Shown here: positions 43,890 through 58,956 of the stretch, piece by piece
Layout: the number at the start of each line of letters is the position of its first letter
Numbering within the stretch: the stretch's first letter is position 1
DNA from: the human T2T-CHM13v2.0 reference genome, Homo sapiens
Assembly: GCF_009914755.1 (NCBI RefSeq)
Contig: NC_060933.1
Reading direction: 5' to 3' (one strand)
DNA: 64,000 nucleotides
The notes under the pieces: model-generated
The model's database searches: none
Told to the model about the DNA's origin: nothing
The model's input: only the letters and a program-made list of their open reading frames with translations
Translations under genes and position numbers: made by a program

Positions 43890-44300
43890 CATCACATGTC
43901 ATGGGCTGGGTGGGGCCGGGAGGTGGGGCGGGGCTTCAATAAAACCTAATGTGTCGTCCCGGGGTTGGGTTTCCATGTTAATTTTATCCTTCCAATTATT
44001 AGAAAGAATGTAAAGCTAGCATTCACCACCAAAGACTGTCATACATATTATTACAACTAGGAATAACACTACCAAGGCCCACTCTCTTTCTCTAATTCTC
44101 CCATCCCTGCTCCTCTCTCCCTCACACACACAGAGCCAGAGATGCCACTATCTCCTCAGCCATTTCAAGCTTTCCTTTTAATCAGCACGGTAAACAAGCT
44201 TCTATGCCTCAGGCTGGCGTTCCACAAACTCAGCCAAATCGTGGGGTTTTGTGAATGCTGCAGTCAGCAGGGCCCAAGAAGGCATATTTGCTCACACATT
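43890..44300 (-). promoter_or_regulatory. Candidate internal promoter
   Basis: Sp/KLF box ggggcggggc at 43925-43934, G-run cluster at 43903-43933, E-box cacatg near 43893, gtaaaca (FOX) near 44190, gcctcaggc (AP-2) near 44206; repeat-poor surroundings. Confidence 0.45.
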
Positions 44301-46469
44301 ATGTCGATGTTTTGTTGGTTTTTTTTTTTTTTTTTTTGGTCCTAAGGATACTCCTTGGACTGTGGGTATGATCAACAAGAGATGTCATTTATCTTACAAA
44401 GACTCTAATTCCATTGGATTTTGATTAGCAGTGGTAACCAGGTGAACTGAATAATTACTGTTACTAACCATAATATTCTTTACATCTTACTGCACAATGT
44501 AACATCAAAATCCTAGTGAGGGAAAAGTTAAAGTGTCAAACATTCAAAGTCATAAGCCCTCAGTGCTCCAGTTCTGAGAATATCTGTAAAGGATCTCCCT
44601 TCTGGGGAAAAACTAAGAATAGCATTTTCCAAACAAAAGGAAATAAAACGACTCTAAATTCACCAGATCATAATTATTGACACAAAATTATAAAGTATAA
44701 TACCTGGTGTTCAGTAAAAATTCTAGATAATTATTCCACCGCACAGGATTAGGCCATTTATTCAAGAGGTTCTCATTTGATAAATTTAGGAACTCTTACC
44801 AATCCATCCCTTTTCCCCGAGAGTAGGTGTAAACATGTAAAAATATTCCTTAAATACCAATTCTGAGCTCAACCTGCGCTAGGCACAGCAGACACAATAG
44901 CCAAGAATTTGAACTTTGTTACTAGACTCAGGTTTCTAATTTAATCAGGAGCCTCCTGAGTGTTTGAGACTAGGTAATGTTTTCCTCAGACACGGAGGGA
45001 TTAATTTTGCAACACTGGGAGAAGGAGGTACCGGAGAAGTCTAACAAAAAATGTCCATGGTAGTTTCTGCCAAGCCAAGGTGCTTTTATTCTCTCTGTGA
45101 GGTACCCGAAGCAACCCCAGAGCCAGGCTCTCAGTGTGTGTCAGTCAGTAGAATGAAAAACTAGACTCAGGCAAGGCCTGAGAATCTACCTCATGTGAAC
45201 ATGAATTATCATGCATGACCTTCAAGGCCAAGAAATATTCTATCCTCAAAATCCTGAGGTAAGTAAAGAAACAAATAAGTCATCCTTAAACCCCAGTTTA
45301 TAGATGCCAGAAAAGGAAGGAGATTGTGCCAAAAATAATCTCGGAAGTGGTTGTATGTGTATCAATTGTGGAGGTACGTTTGCTTACAGTATCTCCAGTG
45401 CTTCCTTCTGCACATCACAGATTTGCTATTGATCAGCTGTGGTCAGATATTGTAAGTATAAATTAACCTGCTCCAGTGAAAAATACCCAGGGGAGCTATT
45501 ACACTCTGAAGAAATCTTCTCTTTAGGTTTAACTGTACTTACAAGTACAATTCAATAGGAGGATGCGGGATGGTTAGCTCCAATTTCACCAACCACTTTT
45601 TTTTTTCCAGTCCCTGATTAAAAGATTCTGCAGTTTATGACCAGCAAAAGGCTTTGCCTTGGTACCACTTCAAGACTGAAGGAATGATACAAGAAAGAGA
45701 ATTTATCATCGGCAGGGGGCAATCAGCTGTCCAGAGGTGCACTCTTTATCTAAAGAATCTTAAGAGTCAGGGGGCTGCTCTTTAAATGACTTTGGCAACT
45801 CCTCCAGAAGGCTTAAAAGCTGTCTCTGAAGCCTGTGGTGTGGTATCCATATTAATCCATTTGAGTGAAAATTACCAGTTCCAAGGAAAATACCCTTAGG
45901 AGATAAAGGTAGTAAGGGAAAGAAGAAAGACACAGTCAGGAGACCTGTGTCCTAGCTGAGAAAAAGATATGTCAAAAGATTTACTGAAAACAGAAGGCAG
46001 GTTTTAAAGTAAGAGTACAACTCATTAGTATAGGAAAACAGGAAAAAAGCATTATCCAAAGCACTAAAATAAAGAAAGAGTCAAACTCTATCATTTTCTA
46101 AGCTTTTAAAGGTCACATGGAGCACTATGCTAATATTTTGCAATAATGGACTCTGGGGCAGTGCTTTAATGAAATGAATTCCAAGGCTCTCTGAATCTTA
46201 ATCAGACTGTGCAGGGGATGCAGGAAGGTCAGGCTGACAAGCAAATGATGCAAACTATACTTTCATATTACAATGAGTACGTTTTCCCAAAACAAGTTTA
46301 GTGTCTTCTCTATATTTAAGGTCCTAGTAACTTATCACATTGTGAAAGGTCCTTCCATGTCACTCTGTATGCCTAACAGGCCAGCAAGTGGGTCAGCTCA
46401 TGGTCCATCCATAAGACATTCTAGTAAATCAATTTAAAAGTATGGTGTTAGCAGTGGACATCCTCAATT

Positions 46470-46930
46470 TCTTTTTTTTTTTATTTTTCAAACGGACAAA
46501 AACTGTATATATATTATGCATATTATGTATGTTTATTATGTATACATAATGTTTTACGTTTATGGTATAAAACATACCATAATGTTTATGGTATAAAACA
46601 TACCATAATGTTTATGGTATAAAATTGCATATGTGTACATATACAAAATATACATGTATATATTGTGGAATGGATCAAGCTAATTAAAATATCTATGCCT
46701 CACTTTTTGCGGTGAAAATATTTAAAATCTACTCTTAGCAATTTTCAAGTTTATAATACATTGTTATTAACTGTAGTCAACAACTTTTTTATGGTGAAAA
46801 TATTCAAAATCTACTCTTTTAGCAATTTTCAAGTTTACAATACATTGTTATTAACTGTGTCACCATGTTGTGCAATACATCTCCTGAACTTACTCCTCCT
46901 ATCTAACTGTAATTTTATATCCTCAATTTC
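46470..46930 (-). mobile_element. L1MA 3' end with internal tandem duplications
   Basis: L1MA antisense motifs; 26-bp repeat at 46558-46624 and approx. 82-bp-period duplication at 46702-46858. Confidence 0.8.
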
Positions 46931-46978
46931 TTTTCATCATATGGCTAAAACATATGCCAAACACCCTTTTCAAGGTAA

Positions 46979-47369
<391 letters not shown>

Positions 47370-47924
47370 TAGTCTACGTAGCCAGAAAAGCTCCAAATAG
47401 GTAAGCAGTGATGTTTTATCTCAAAATAGGTTTCTTCTCTACCCTTGCAGTTTTTCTCCATCCAACTAAATCTTAGCCATTCCTCAAGACTCAATTTCAG
47501 TTTTAAATTCAACAACCCACCACAAGAAGTTCGAGCAAATTACAGCATATCAACATGACCAGAATATTAAACTTGAAAATATCATATATGAATCATAACG
47601 AAGAACGGAAATTTTCATAAAGAAATCCATTTTAAAGTCAGAACAAAAAAAGTTCAAAATGATTGTAATTATATAAAAAAGTTGTACATTGACATTCACA
47701 AGTGAATGAATAATGACATAAATAGAGCACAATGTTGGAGTTATTAATTTCCCACAAAGTTAAAGACTTTTCCTAGTATTAGTAACTTTCTGTATATCAT
47801 AAAGTAACTGGTGTTTCCTACTCAAATTCAACTGAAAAGTATGAAGTCATTACGGTTTATTTTGCTACATGATGGATGCTGTACTGAAGTTTTATATGTA
47901 TTCTTTCATTTTATCCCCAAGTGA

Positions 47925-48070
47925 TTCTATGGAGTAAATAAATACTATTACTTGACACCGTTTTGCAGATAAAAAAGCCCAGGCCTACTTAAGTTACATA
48001 ACTTGTCAACGGTGACATTGTGACAGAAGTAGGAATTTAGTCCCACCATACCCTGGTCATTAGAACACAC
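47925..48070 (-). mobile_element. MIR
   Basis: ccgttttgcagataaaaaagcccaggcc...aacttgtcaacggtgaca. Confidence 0.6.
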
Positions 48071-50479
48071 TACCTCATACCTCAAGGTGAAGCCCACTGG
48101 TGCTTGAGAGTGGCCACTGCTTTGGTTTCCCAGATTGTTAAGATGACAAACGGCTCAGTTCCGTTTCAATATTGCAGTACTGGTCTGATGGCTGGATTCT
48201 ACTGTCATAGGATTTTCAACTGTATTTTATTCCTTTACAAATTCCCAGATAGAGCAGGAGGGCAGGTAAAGAAGACATATTACCCTCCAAAAAAGAAAAA
48301 TAAAAAACTTGAGCATCGAGACACTCAATATTTACGCTACCCCTTCAGTGCTATACATCCTAACACAGCTTAAAGTTTTTATTTTACTCACAAGTCCTGC
48401 TGCTTTGGTAATTCACGAAAGGGTTGTGCGCCTGACCTCTAATGATAATTCGTCATATATCCTCATGCTTTCTTATTGGAGCTGTGAAACAATGAATTAG
48501 CAACAAATCCTCCACTCTTTGCCCCTTCAGCCCTTGGAGTTTAACTCCTCTCACATTACAGTATTTATTGAATTTCCCAGCCAAACGGTGTTGTGCTCCA
48601 TAAAATTCTGACAAGTGGACTCTGCCAAGCTAATAATGGCTTCATTCTGCTGAAATAAACTTATTTCACTGTGGCAAACAAAACGACATGACCTGGAAAG
48701 GTTATTTTTAACTGGGTAATGACTCAGTCCCAACCAAGCTTTTCTCTCAAGGTTCCCAGTTTTAAATAAATTTCATTTCTTAAACGTAAATGCATGCTAT
48801 TACGTGTGTTCTTGTCTGTCAATCTTTCACAATGAAGTAAAGGCAGATATTTTCATTGCTTAAGGTGTATGATTCTCTTTATTCAATAACTTGGTCGGCT
48901 TATCAAACTATTCCCAAGGATCCTGGCATAGAGAAGCCACCCAGAGAACCTGAAAGACAAGGCTACATAAAGAAGCAAAATCCTTTTAAACAGAATCTGG
49001 TTTTATTGCATTTTTCTTTTAATTAAACAGCGTCAGAACCTTTCCAATTCGGCAAAACTTTTAAGAGTGTGCCTCTGAGAAAGAGCTCTTATCTCATGTT
49101 TTTAAAGCGTGAATAAATTTTGCTAAGTTTGCTTAGCCTGCTTACCAAATAAAGATATGCCAGGACAAATTTCTCTACATCCACATTAGTTAACATCCCC
49201 CCTGTATCTTAAACTCTCCATACCAAAAATGTCTGCTACTAAAAAGTTTGAAAAGCAGAAACACGCGTTTTTCTCTATACTGCCTCCATATCTTACAGTT
49301 ATCATTTACATCTTTTTATCTTGCACTGCGAGCCCCTCAAAAACAAACAAATGAACAAACAGAAACAACTTCCATGATAAGGTCAAATTTTCTTCAAGTT
49401 TCAAATGATCAGGGACTCCGAGAGCACCATTACAACAGCTGGGATCTTGTACCAACATGCTGCACCCTGCCAGTCCTGCCTTCTGAGACTAATAAAAGAG
49501 AAAACCCTTGACAGCTAACAGCTGGGCTCCTTATGAAGCTGTTCAATAGAAACAACAAGGCCTCCCACAGCCCACCAAAAATCAGGACTTGGTGTATAGA
49601 CACAAATATGTACAAGAAAAGAAATTTGGTAAGAGGGAACACATATTTAAAAGAGACTGAAACAAGGAGATGATGAAGAATAACAGGGGAAAAAAACACT
49701 AATCAATGAAAGAGAAACCCAGTCATACCGGCATAACTATTGAAGATGTTAAGAGTTAGTGCAAAAGGAATTACCCATGGTTTTAATCTGGCTGGAGTAG
49801 GGGACTTGTATTACATATGATTAGCTACAAAGGCAAAAGAACAAGAACCTTTTCAGTAAATTCACATAGTCATGGTTCTGTCCAAACCACAATACAAAAT
49901 CCTGAATATCCTTTTGATGACCTATAGTGTGTATTCACACTTGCAGTAAAAGAAACTAATGTGAATCGCCTTACTATTGCTTCCTGCCAGCCCCTCTGCC
50001 TCCATATTAAAGACCATCAGCTAGGCTGTGGCTACCAGCTACAACTCCTCAGTCAAAGCCATGTCACAGAATTACTGCCAGTCGGCTTAACAAATAAAGT
50101 ACAAAAATAAAAGCACACTGAAGCCATATAAAAGTACTGTGGCTAAACAAGGAGTGGTTATGCTGGCCATTGAGTAAAAATATCTGTAATTCCTTCAAGT
50201 TCAGTAAGTTAAAGTAAAGCTTCAAACTAGGGTAGCTGAGGTTATAGTCAATATACAGATAATACAAATAGAAACTAGCAAAAGCATAAGGAACACAAAA
50301 ACTCTCCTGTAATGTATTACAGATGGTTTTTAAAAGTTTCTATGGCTACTAGTAAGGAAACAAAAGCAAAATCTTTTTCCTTTATAATGTGCACTTTAGA
50401 TGGCCCAACAGAATCACTTCCAATTGCTACAGATAGATAACAAACACCAGACAGGCAGTCTGAGAAGCCGCTTAATTTG

Positions 50480-50480
<1 letters not shown>

Positions 50481-50516
<36 letters not shown>
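50481..50516. repeat. (TG)18 microsatellite
   Basis: Visible perfect array. Confidence 0.95.
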
Positions 50517-50519
<3 letters not shown>

Positions 50520-50849
50520 CTCATACACATTGTTCACCGCTAGTGGCAATTCAGATACTGACCCAGAATATGAACAAGGTAGGGTGGGAGGGATTCAGCA
50601 TTACTATGGAAAATGGCCATGGAACCATTCATAAATTAACGACTCAGAGATAATTGAACTTGTTCCTGTGTTAACTATGAGTTTCATTTTGTTAAACAGT
50701 CAACACTGAAATTGTTTTAATCCTATAAATTCAACTAAAACAATTACTGAAGTGTGTTCAATGCCGTGGTTATTTCTATTTTTGCAGGTATTAGGCACTA
50801 TGTTTTGAAATTTGTTCCAGGCAGACAAAAAAGGAAAAGTTTGGAGTTC

Positions 50850-51161
50850 TTTTTTTTTTTTTTTTTTTTTTTTTGAGACAGAGTCTCGCTCTGTCGCCCA
50901 GCTTGGAGTGCAGTGGCTCCATCTCAGCTCAACTGCAACCTTCGCTTCCCGGGTTCAAAAGATCTGTTCTCCCACCTCAGTCTCCTGAGTAGCTGGGATT
51001 ACAGGCGCCCGCCACCACGCCCGGCTAATTTTTGTATTTTTAGTACAAACGGGGTTTCACCACGTTGGCGAGGCTGGTCTGGAACTCCTAACCTCAGGTG
51101 ATCCACCCGCCTCGGCATCCTAAAGTGCTGGGATTACAGGCATGAGCCATCACACCCAGTC
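50850..51161 (-). mobile_element. AluS
   Basis: Antisense Alu, TSD approx. tttggagtt. Confidence 0.95.
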
Positions 51162-51357
51162 AAACATTTGGAGTTTTATACCTGAATCCTCAGGGAAAAA
51201 AAAGGTGGGGGGGCGGGGGGCGAGGGGTGTATTTTCATTAACAAACTGATTCCCAGAGCGTGAATCTATTTTAAGTATCTCACCTAAGGAAATGTTTATT
51301 TCAATTATGATACCTAGGTGTCTGCTGAGGAAATATAAAGCATGGTGAGAAAACTAC

Positions 51358-51582
51358 TTTATTTATTTAGAGACAGGGTCTCACTCTGCTGCCCAGGCTG
51401 CAGTGTAGTGGCAGCTGGGACTACAGGTGCGCACCACCACGCCCAGCTAATATTTTCTTTTTTTTGTAGACAGGGTCTCACGATGTTGCCTAGTCTGGTC
51501 TCGAACTCCTGGGCTCAAGCAATCCTCCTGTCTCAGCTTCCCAAAGTGCTAGAATTACAGACATGAGCCACTACGCCTGACC
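51358..51582 (-). mobile_element. AluJ with internal deletion
   Basis: TSD tgagaaaacta; right arm shortened. Confidence 0.9.
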
Positions 51583-52695
51583 TGAGAAAACTATATTAAA
51601 CAGCCCAGAACTTACACATTCCTATTGCTATTGCATCCTTTTCCATAGTTACCTTGGGAAGCTAGACACTCATGCTGCTTAAGCAGATTTTTCTAGCAAC
51701 ACTTTCAACACACAACTTCTAGCTTTACTCAGCTTCTAGTTACTCTACTTGAGCAACAGCAATATGGAGTCAAAGCTGCTTTGAGGATTATTATTTCTCT
51801 AATATTAAAAATGGGTACTAACCCCTTAAACATCCCTCATTTCTGACGATGACAATTTGTTCCCTGCCCTTTATCTTAAAATTTTTTACCTTCTCATTTT
51901 CCCCCAGTTGACATGTATAATTTGTGCCTTTTTCTAGTCTATTAATGTCTAGGACAGGGGTGTACACAATAATCTATATTGGTTAAAAAAAAGATATTGA
52001 ATAAAGCCTAGATCCATCTGGATCTTTCTCAATCCCCCTGGAAAGATATGTGAAATATCTAAAGTTGAAGAAGGTAGAGAAACGGAGCAGGAGAGAAGAT
52101 TAGAGGGGAGTCATGTGGAGATGACAGGAGGGGAAGGAAGGAGAGATGGGACAGGACAGGAAGACAGGAGAGAGGTCCCTATTAGGTCTCATAACTACAT
52201 CTTTGCAAGTATGTGTACTGACTCTACCCTTTATGTCATGTCTGCCCCAGCAACACAACTCATGCTGCCTCCACCCCAGTCATCTTCCAAATGAATGATG
52301 GATAATCTTGCTTACTATAATTTCAACCTCTAGAAAGGAAGCATTTTGCACCCTATCACCTTTTTTTAAAACTCATTTTAACCCTATCTACAAGTGTTAT
52401 TTACATTTAAAAGGTGCTTTTTGCTAACTTTGAGAAGTAAAAGATTTGCTAACTTTGAGAAGTAAATGAATCCAGTTTAGTTACTTACTTTTGTGAAAAT
52501 GTTCCATTACATCAAAATAAGGGAGAAATTTTTTTCTTAATAACAGGATGTATCGAAAACATTCTGTGCTTGATCACATCTGTTATTCTGCATTCAAAAT
52601 TCATTTAGGACAACTAAATTAAGAAAGCAAAAAATGGTTATGAGTAACCATGGCCATAATGGAAAAACATAGCCAAATATTTTTGGTTCATATAA

Positions 52696-53025
<330 letters not shown>

Positions 53026-53639
53026 TGATATTTTTTAACTTAGCCTAAAAACGTTTCCCTTAAAATCAGCAAAGGAAAAGTTATGGAGGAAAATCAAAAC
53101 AAACATCTACACTGATGACATTTCTTATCATTCGAATCAGCCATAACTGTTTTCAAGTGCAAAATCAAATTTAAAATATCAGGAAAAATAGCCCAAGTCA
53201 ATCCTATTGCTTCCAACCCACTTCCGAAGAACAGAATTCATTTATCAACCAACTGTTTACTCAGGAATTGATGCAATGTGCAGTACAACTTTGGAAGTTC
53301 ATGGAAATTTAATCCAGTACAGGCAAGATGTCTTACATGTTATGATGTTCTTATATCACCAATTTAATGTTTACTGGACCTTATCAATGTCACATTACTT
53401 TACATAAAAATAACTTTATCTAGCTATATATATGCATCACAGTTCACAGCTAAAACAGACACAGGACTGAGTCATTCCAATTATTATAAGAAGCAGTACT
53501 GTGAGAGGCCAGTAAGAAGCATTTGCTTAGAGGAAGCCAGTTGACTGCCTGAAGGATGACTCCAAAGGCATCACCAAAGATGCCATTTTATGGGCTCAAT
53601 TAGAGTATGAGTAAAGGCACCCCGAGACACAGATTATAC

Positions 53640-54040
53640 TTAATGCTTCTACTAATGAATTGTTTTTTCAGCATTTGGCCCAAAAGTTCTCTCTTCTCAT
53701 CTGCCACATTTTGCAGCAGAAGCCACCATAGCTGATTGGCACAGAGGTGGTTGTCTGACCCAAAATGTGTCAATGAAAATGTGGGACATAAATGGAAACA
53801 GACTTCCTTCAGTAGTTGGATACATGATATGTAAAGCTCAGGAACTGTTAGTAGCCGTAATTCCCACTGACCTGCTCTGTAGAAAAATGTATGAATTGAT
53901 GTACACATAGCAGTAGAATTTCAATCTATTCCTAAGGCTGCATCCCTGCCTTAAGGTTCTGTGACCCATATTAGCACTCCTGTCTTCTTTGGTGTTTGTT
54001 TTTAGCTAGTTCAAGTTTAAATTCCGTTATTGGCAATGTA
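53640..54040 (+). mobile_element. Old MLT1 (K/L-like) LTR
   Basis: gctgattggcacagaggtgg...tgaccca; 3' ttagctagttcaagttt...ttggcaa. Confidence 0.55.
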
Positions 54041-54209
54041 AATGCCACTGGGCATTTAAGAGGTGGTTTAGAAACAGTAGAGCAATTTTTTAAACTGCTA
54101 GTACCTTATTATTGAGGGGCAAAAAAAATCAATTTAATGAGTTACAATCAGAAACATCTTTAAAAAAAACCAGAATAGCAGAGAATTAGCATCCCATATC
54201 GGGAGGGGG

Positions 54210-54400
54210 TGGAATTCAACCCGTGTCTCACACCATACACAAAAATAAATTCCAGGTGGATTGAAGACTTAAATGTGAAAATTAACACTATAAAACATTT
54301 AGAAAAGACTAGAGTGTATCTTTGAATCTGGAGGGTAGAAAGCAGTTCTTAAACAAGACACAAAAAGAACCATATGGAAATGACAGATAAATTCCACTAT
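54210..54400 (+). mobile_element. L1M ORF2 fragment
   Basis: ctcacaccatacacaaaaataaattccaggtggattgaagacttaaatgtgaaa. Confidence 0.8.
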
Positions 54401-54467
54401 ACCTTCTAATACACTATACAATACTATACAACTCACTTTCATTGTGTTTATTATTTATTTACTTGCC

Positions 54468-54762
54468 TTTTTCTTTTTTTTGAGACAGGGTTTCACTGGG
54501 TCACTCAGGCTGAATTGCAGTGCTGCCATCATCACTCACGGCAGCCTCAAACTCTTGGGCTCAAGCAATCCTCCCGCCTTGGCCTCCTGAATAGCTGGGA
54601 CTACAGGCACGCATCACTATGCCTAATATTTTTTTTATTTTTTGTAGAGACGGGATCTCACTACGTTGCCCAGACTGGTCTCCAACCCCTGACCTGAAGT
54701 GATCCTTCTACCTCTGCCTTCCAAAGCATTAAGATTACAGGTGTGAGCCGCTGCACTTGGCC
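54468..54762 (-). mobile_element. AluJ
   Basis: Antisense diverged Alu. Confidence 0.92.
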
Positions 54763-54858
54763 TCATTTATAAAAAAATAAATAAATTTATTATTTATTAT
54801 ACATTGTCTTTCTTGTCCAATAAAGTGTTAGCCTCAGGAGAGTAGGGAATCTTGTCTG

Positions 54859-55090
<232 letters not shown>

Positions 55091-55265
55091 TGAATATCTA
55101 AGCATACCTTAGTCACAAGAGAAAACATTTTTTAGTGTGGATTGAGGTTAAAAGGTTGCAAAATATTACATTAGATACATACAATTTGTATATTTGCTTA
55201 GTATGTAGGGAAAGGAAAAAAAAAAGGGGGTAGTGACAAAACAGAAATGTTGTACTTTATTCTAT

Positions 55266-55450
55266 AGACCTATGCTATCCAAAGCTATTTAAATTAATTT
55301 AAAATTAAAAGTAAAAATTCGGTCCCTCAGTCTCACTATCCACATTTAAAGTACTCAACCGCCACGTGTGGTTACTAGCTCTATACTGGACAAAACAGAA
55401 GATACAGAACGCTTTTGTTATTGAGGAAAGTGATAGTAGGCAGTGCTGCT
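55266..55450. mobile_element. MER3/MER33-type hAT MITE
   Basis: ccctcagtctcactatccacatttaaagtactcaaccgccacgtgtgg...ggcagtgctg. Confidence 0.75.
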
Positions 55451-55454
55451 ATAG

Positions 55455-55968
<514 letters not shown>

Positions 55969-55970
55969 AC

Positions 55971-56082
55971 TTTTTTTTTTTTTTTTTTTTTTGAGACAGA
56001 GTCCTGCTCTGTCTTCCAGGCTATAGTGCAGTGGGGCGATCTCGGCTCACTGCAACCTGTGTCTCCCAGTTTCAAGCGATTC
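55971..56082 (-). mobile_element. Truncated Alu directly adjacent to the previous copy
   Basis: Tail and part of the right arm only. Confidence 0.88.
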
Positions 56083-57589
56083 TGGAGGAGAGAAATCCAA
56101 AGGAATTTCAGAGCTACTATCATGAGGGTTTGTGGACTGAACATGAGATTTGAGGGGAAAGAAAGGAACGTGAGATGACTGAGGATGCTGACTGGCTAAC
56201 TAGGTGACTGGTGAAGAGAAGTCATTTTTAATGGACGGATACTAGACAGGCTAAAAGCTCTTTTGACCCAGGTGTTTTAACTTAGGGAACATTTCAAAAT
56301 GATCAAATCAAAATGCGGGAAAACAATGTGTTTTAAGGCCAGGGAATGACTGCAATGGACAGCCAGACCTTTATCCTTCCCTGACGCAGGTCTCAGATAA
56401 AAGGGAGAGTGAAGGTCAGGGACTGAAGAGGTAATGAAGCAAGAAATGTGTGAGAATTATGAGGGAATGTGTGAAATTATCTGTCACAATCATTTCTTAA
56501 GGGCGGAAAAAAAGCTGAAATAGTTCGTTTTTAGACAACGTCAAAATGACCTCGTCAAATAACTATCAATATAGCATGTATATGCAGAGGGTAGATTGAG
56601 GGGATAATGCATTTGGCCTTGGACACATGAATTTGAAGTACTTATGACTCCACTTGGTAAATGGTCTCCAGTCACCTATTGTACTACAGAGATTGTTACT
56701 TTGATTCTAAAAGTAAGATGTCTCCACAAATTGGATGCCACAAAATGAAACTGAAAGTCATCCATAGGGGAAATGAGTTCCAGAACATACGCATTAAAAA
56801 TGATAATAAATGCAGTCACTTTCTAGATTCTAGTTTATACGGAGCCAAGGTCAGTGGCTTATGGAAATACTAACGGCTACCTTAGCTGTCCTTTTCTAAT
56901 GGGCGGCAGAAGCATTTATAATGGAGGTGAGCATTCAGTTCCATTTTTGAGGAAGACAATGAGGAAATATTGGTGCTGATGACTGAAATCTAGCTTTTGG
57001 ACTACTGACTTAAATTCATTTGATTTTACTCAAATCTGCCCCAGCTGAGAAGAGGGGCTTGTCATAGCCTTTCCGTTGTTGTTTAATCCTTTAAAAAATG
57101 AAATTATATATCTCGAGGATATATTTAAGCACACATTTTGTGAGCAATTAAATTTAACTATTGATAGAAGAAGACGCAAAAGCCTCCACTAGAGGTAAAG
57201 ACCTCTCGTCCTTGCTCATAAAAGACACACTTTCCTTTTTTGCCCCTTTTTCCTTTTCTCCATTTCTCTCCATTCTTCTCTCCCTCTTTTTTCTTTCCTT
57301 TTATTACTGCTAAAAAGTAATATGATTCCTTAATCAACCCCCACAGTTACAGCTACTTCACATTTACAAAATGCTCTCACATCCATCATTTAAGATCTTT
57401 ACATTTCAAGGGATCAGTAGGAAAAGTGGTACAATGCCCCTGCTGCCAATAAGGAAACTCAAGCTCAAGAAGCTGGCGACCTATGTAAGGTCCTGTAGCG
57501 CTTTAGCGGCAAACAGATGACTCGTACCTGGGTAGCCAGCCTCCTGGTTGGCCCTCAATTATCCCTGCTTCCAACTATGCACATATTGT

Positions 57590-58025
57590 CTGTAGCCCTG
57601 TCATTGTAACAGGGTTACTGCATGCCATACAATGATGGTATGTTACTTCTACAATTAGGTTATAAGCAGCTTCTATCTTTGGCTCTTACTCTCTCTTCCT
57701 TTGATCACTCATTTTGGAATAAGCCAGCTACCATGTGAGCAGTCCAACGGTGGAACTCAACTGATAAGGAATTGAGGGTTCCTTGGTCCAAAATGGAAGT
57801 AAGAATGCTTGTCAACAAACTTCCATCTTGGAAAAAGATCCTCCAGCCCCAGTCAAACCTTCAGATGACTGCAGCCCCATCTAACATTCTGACTGCAGCT
57901 TCATGAGAGACTCTGAGCCAGAACTACACAGATTCCTGACCCTCAGAAAATATGAGATAATAAGTATATACTGTTGTAAGCTGTCAGGTTTGGGATAATT
58001 TGTCATAAAGCAATAAATATGACAA
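57590..58025 (+). mobile_element. MLT1 solo LTR inside a MIR
   Basis: ccagccccagtcaaaccttcagatgactgcagcccc...gagataataag; MIR flanks at 57340-57520 and 58030-58070. Confidence 0.8.
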
Positions 58026-58956
58026 TGTCTAAGTCTTCTCATTCTGAGTCCAGTGCTCTTCCTACTCTACACAGTTACACCTGCATTCAGAACACTTTTG
58101 TTTGCAGAGGTTTGCCAAATAACCATAATATTCTGTTAGACATCATTTTTAAAAAGACAGACAAGACTGACAACATTTGCGCATGTAATTTAAAATAACG
58201 CAAGTGCTTTATTTGGATATTAGAACAGAAAAAAAAACCTATACTGAAAGTGTGCTATAGATACACTATGTATCTAGGTTTGTATTTTTGAGTTCATTTA
58301 TAAATCCATAACCACCTGTCTAAAATCAGTCTCAAAACTGAAGGCTATCAGAGGAAGAGGTCTGGCTGGATTAACTTTTACCCAAAGGAGAATTACCAAG
58401 AGCTGAAGAAGTTCTTCGATTCCCTGCAGCACAGCTGTGATATTGATATAGAGTACTAGGAAACTAAAGAAACGTCTTACTTGACTGCAGTTGTCACATT
58501 ATCATGCATTACAGTGCAGCAGCCTGAATCAAAGAGATATGCAAAATTCACCAAGGACAGCAGCAATGCATTTTTTCCCCCTGTATTTGTGGAAAGACAT
58601 CAGGAAAAGGAAGGCAAGTATGAATGCAAAAACATCTGCTCCCTAAACTCATTTAAAAAATATCACTGCAAAAAATAAATGTGAATCATCTATAGTGTAG
58701 AGCAGATGGAAGTGCAATATGTTTAACTTAAGGCAGAAAGGGGATGCAACTGAAGAACCAGAGGATATGGAAATAAAATAATACTTAAGCCCATTTTACA
58801 TACTGCTGCCCGTTAGGTTACACTCTGGTAAAATGTGTAGAAAATCATCTTTTATCTATATCACACTACTTTGAAAGAATTCCAAATAATTACAGTAGAC
58901 TGTCCAGTGGCACTTATATTCACACTCTCTAGTGACATTTATATTCACAGAAGCCA

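Noticed and set aside
41367-46624. Short tandem arrays (31-bp and 26-bp units) as CRISPR-like repeats
   Set aside because: No unique spacers or cas genes; ordinary eukaryotic minisatellites
50535-50550. CTCF-like caccgctagtggca
   Set aside because: Needs a one-base gap in the core to match
52420-52466. 22-bp direct repeat tttgctaactttgagaagtaaa
   Set aside because: Simple slippage duplication with only 3 nt between copies; no insert
58474-58540. Minus-strand CAA|gtaaga donor with nearby ATGs
   Set aside because: The open ATG frame ends in phase 2 and the other stops at once, so it does not fit the phase-1 pattern; no promoter features
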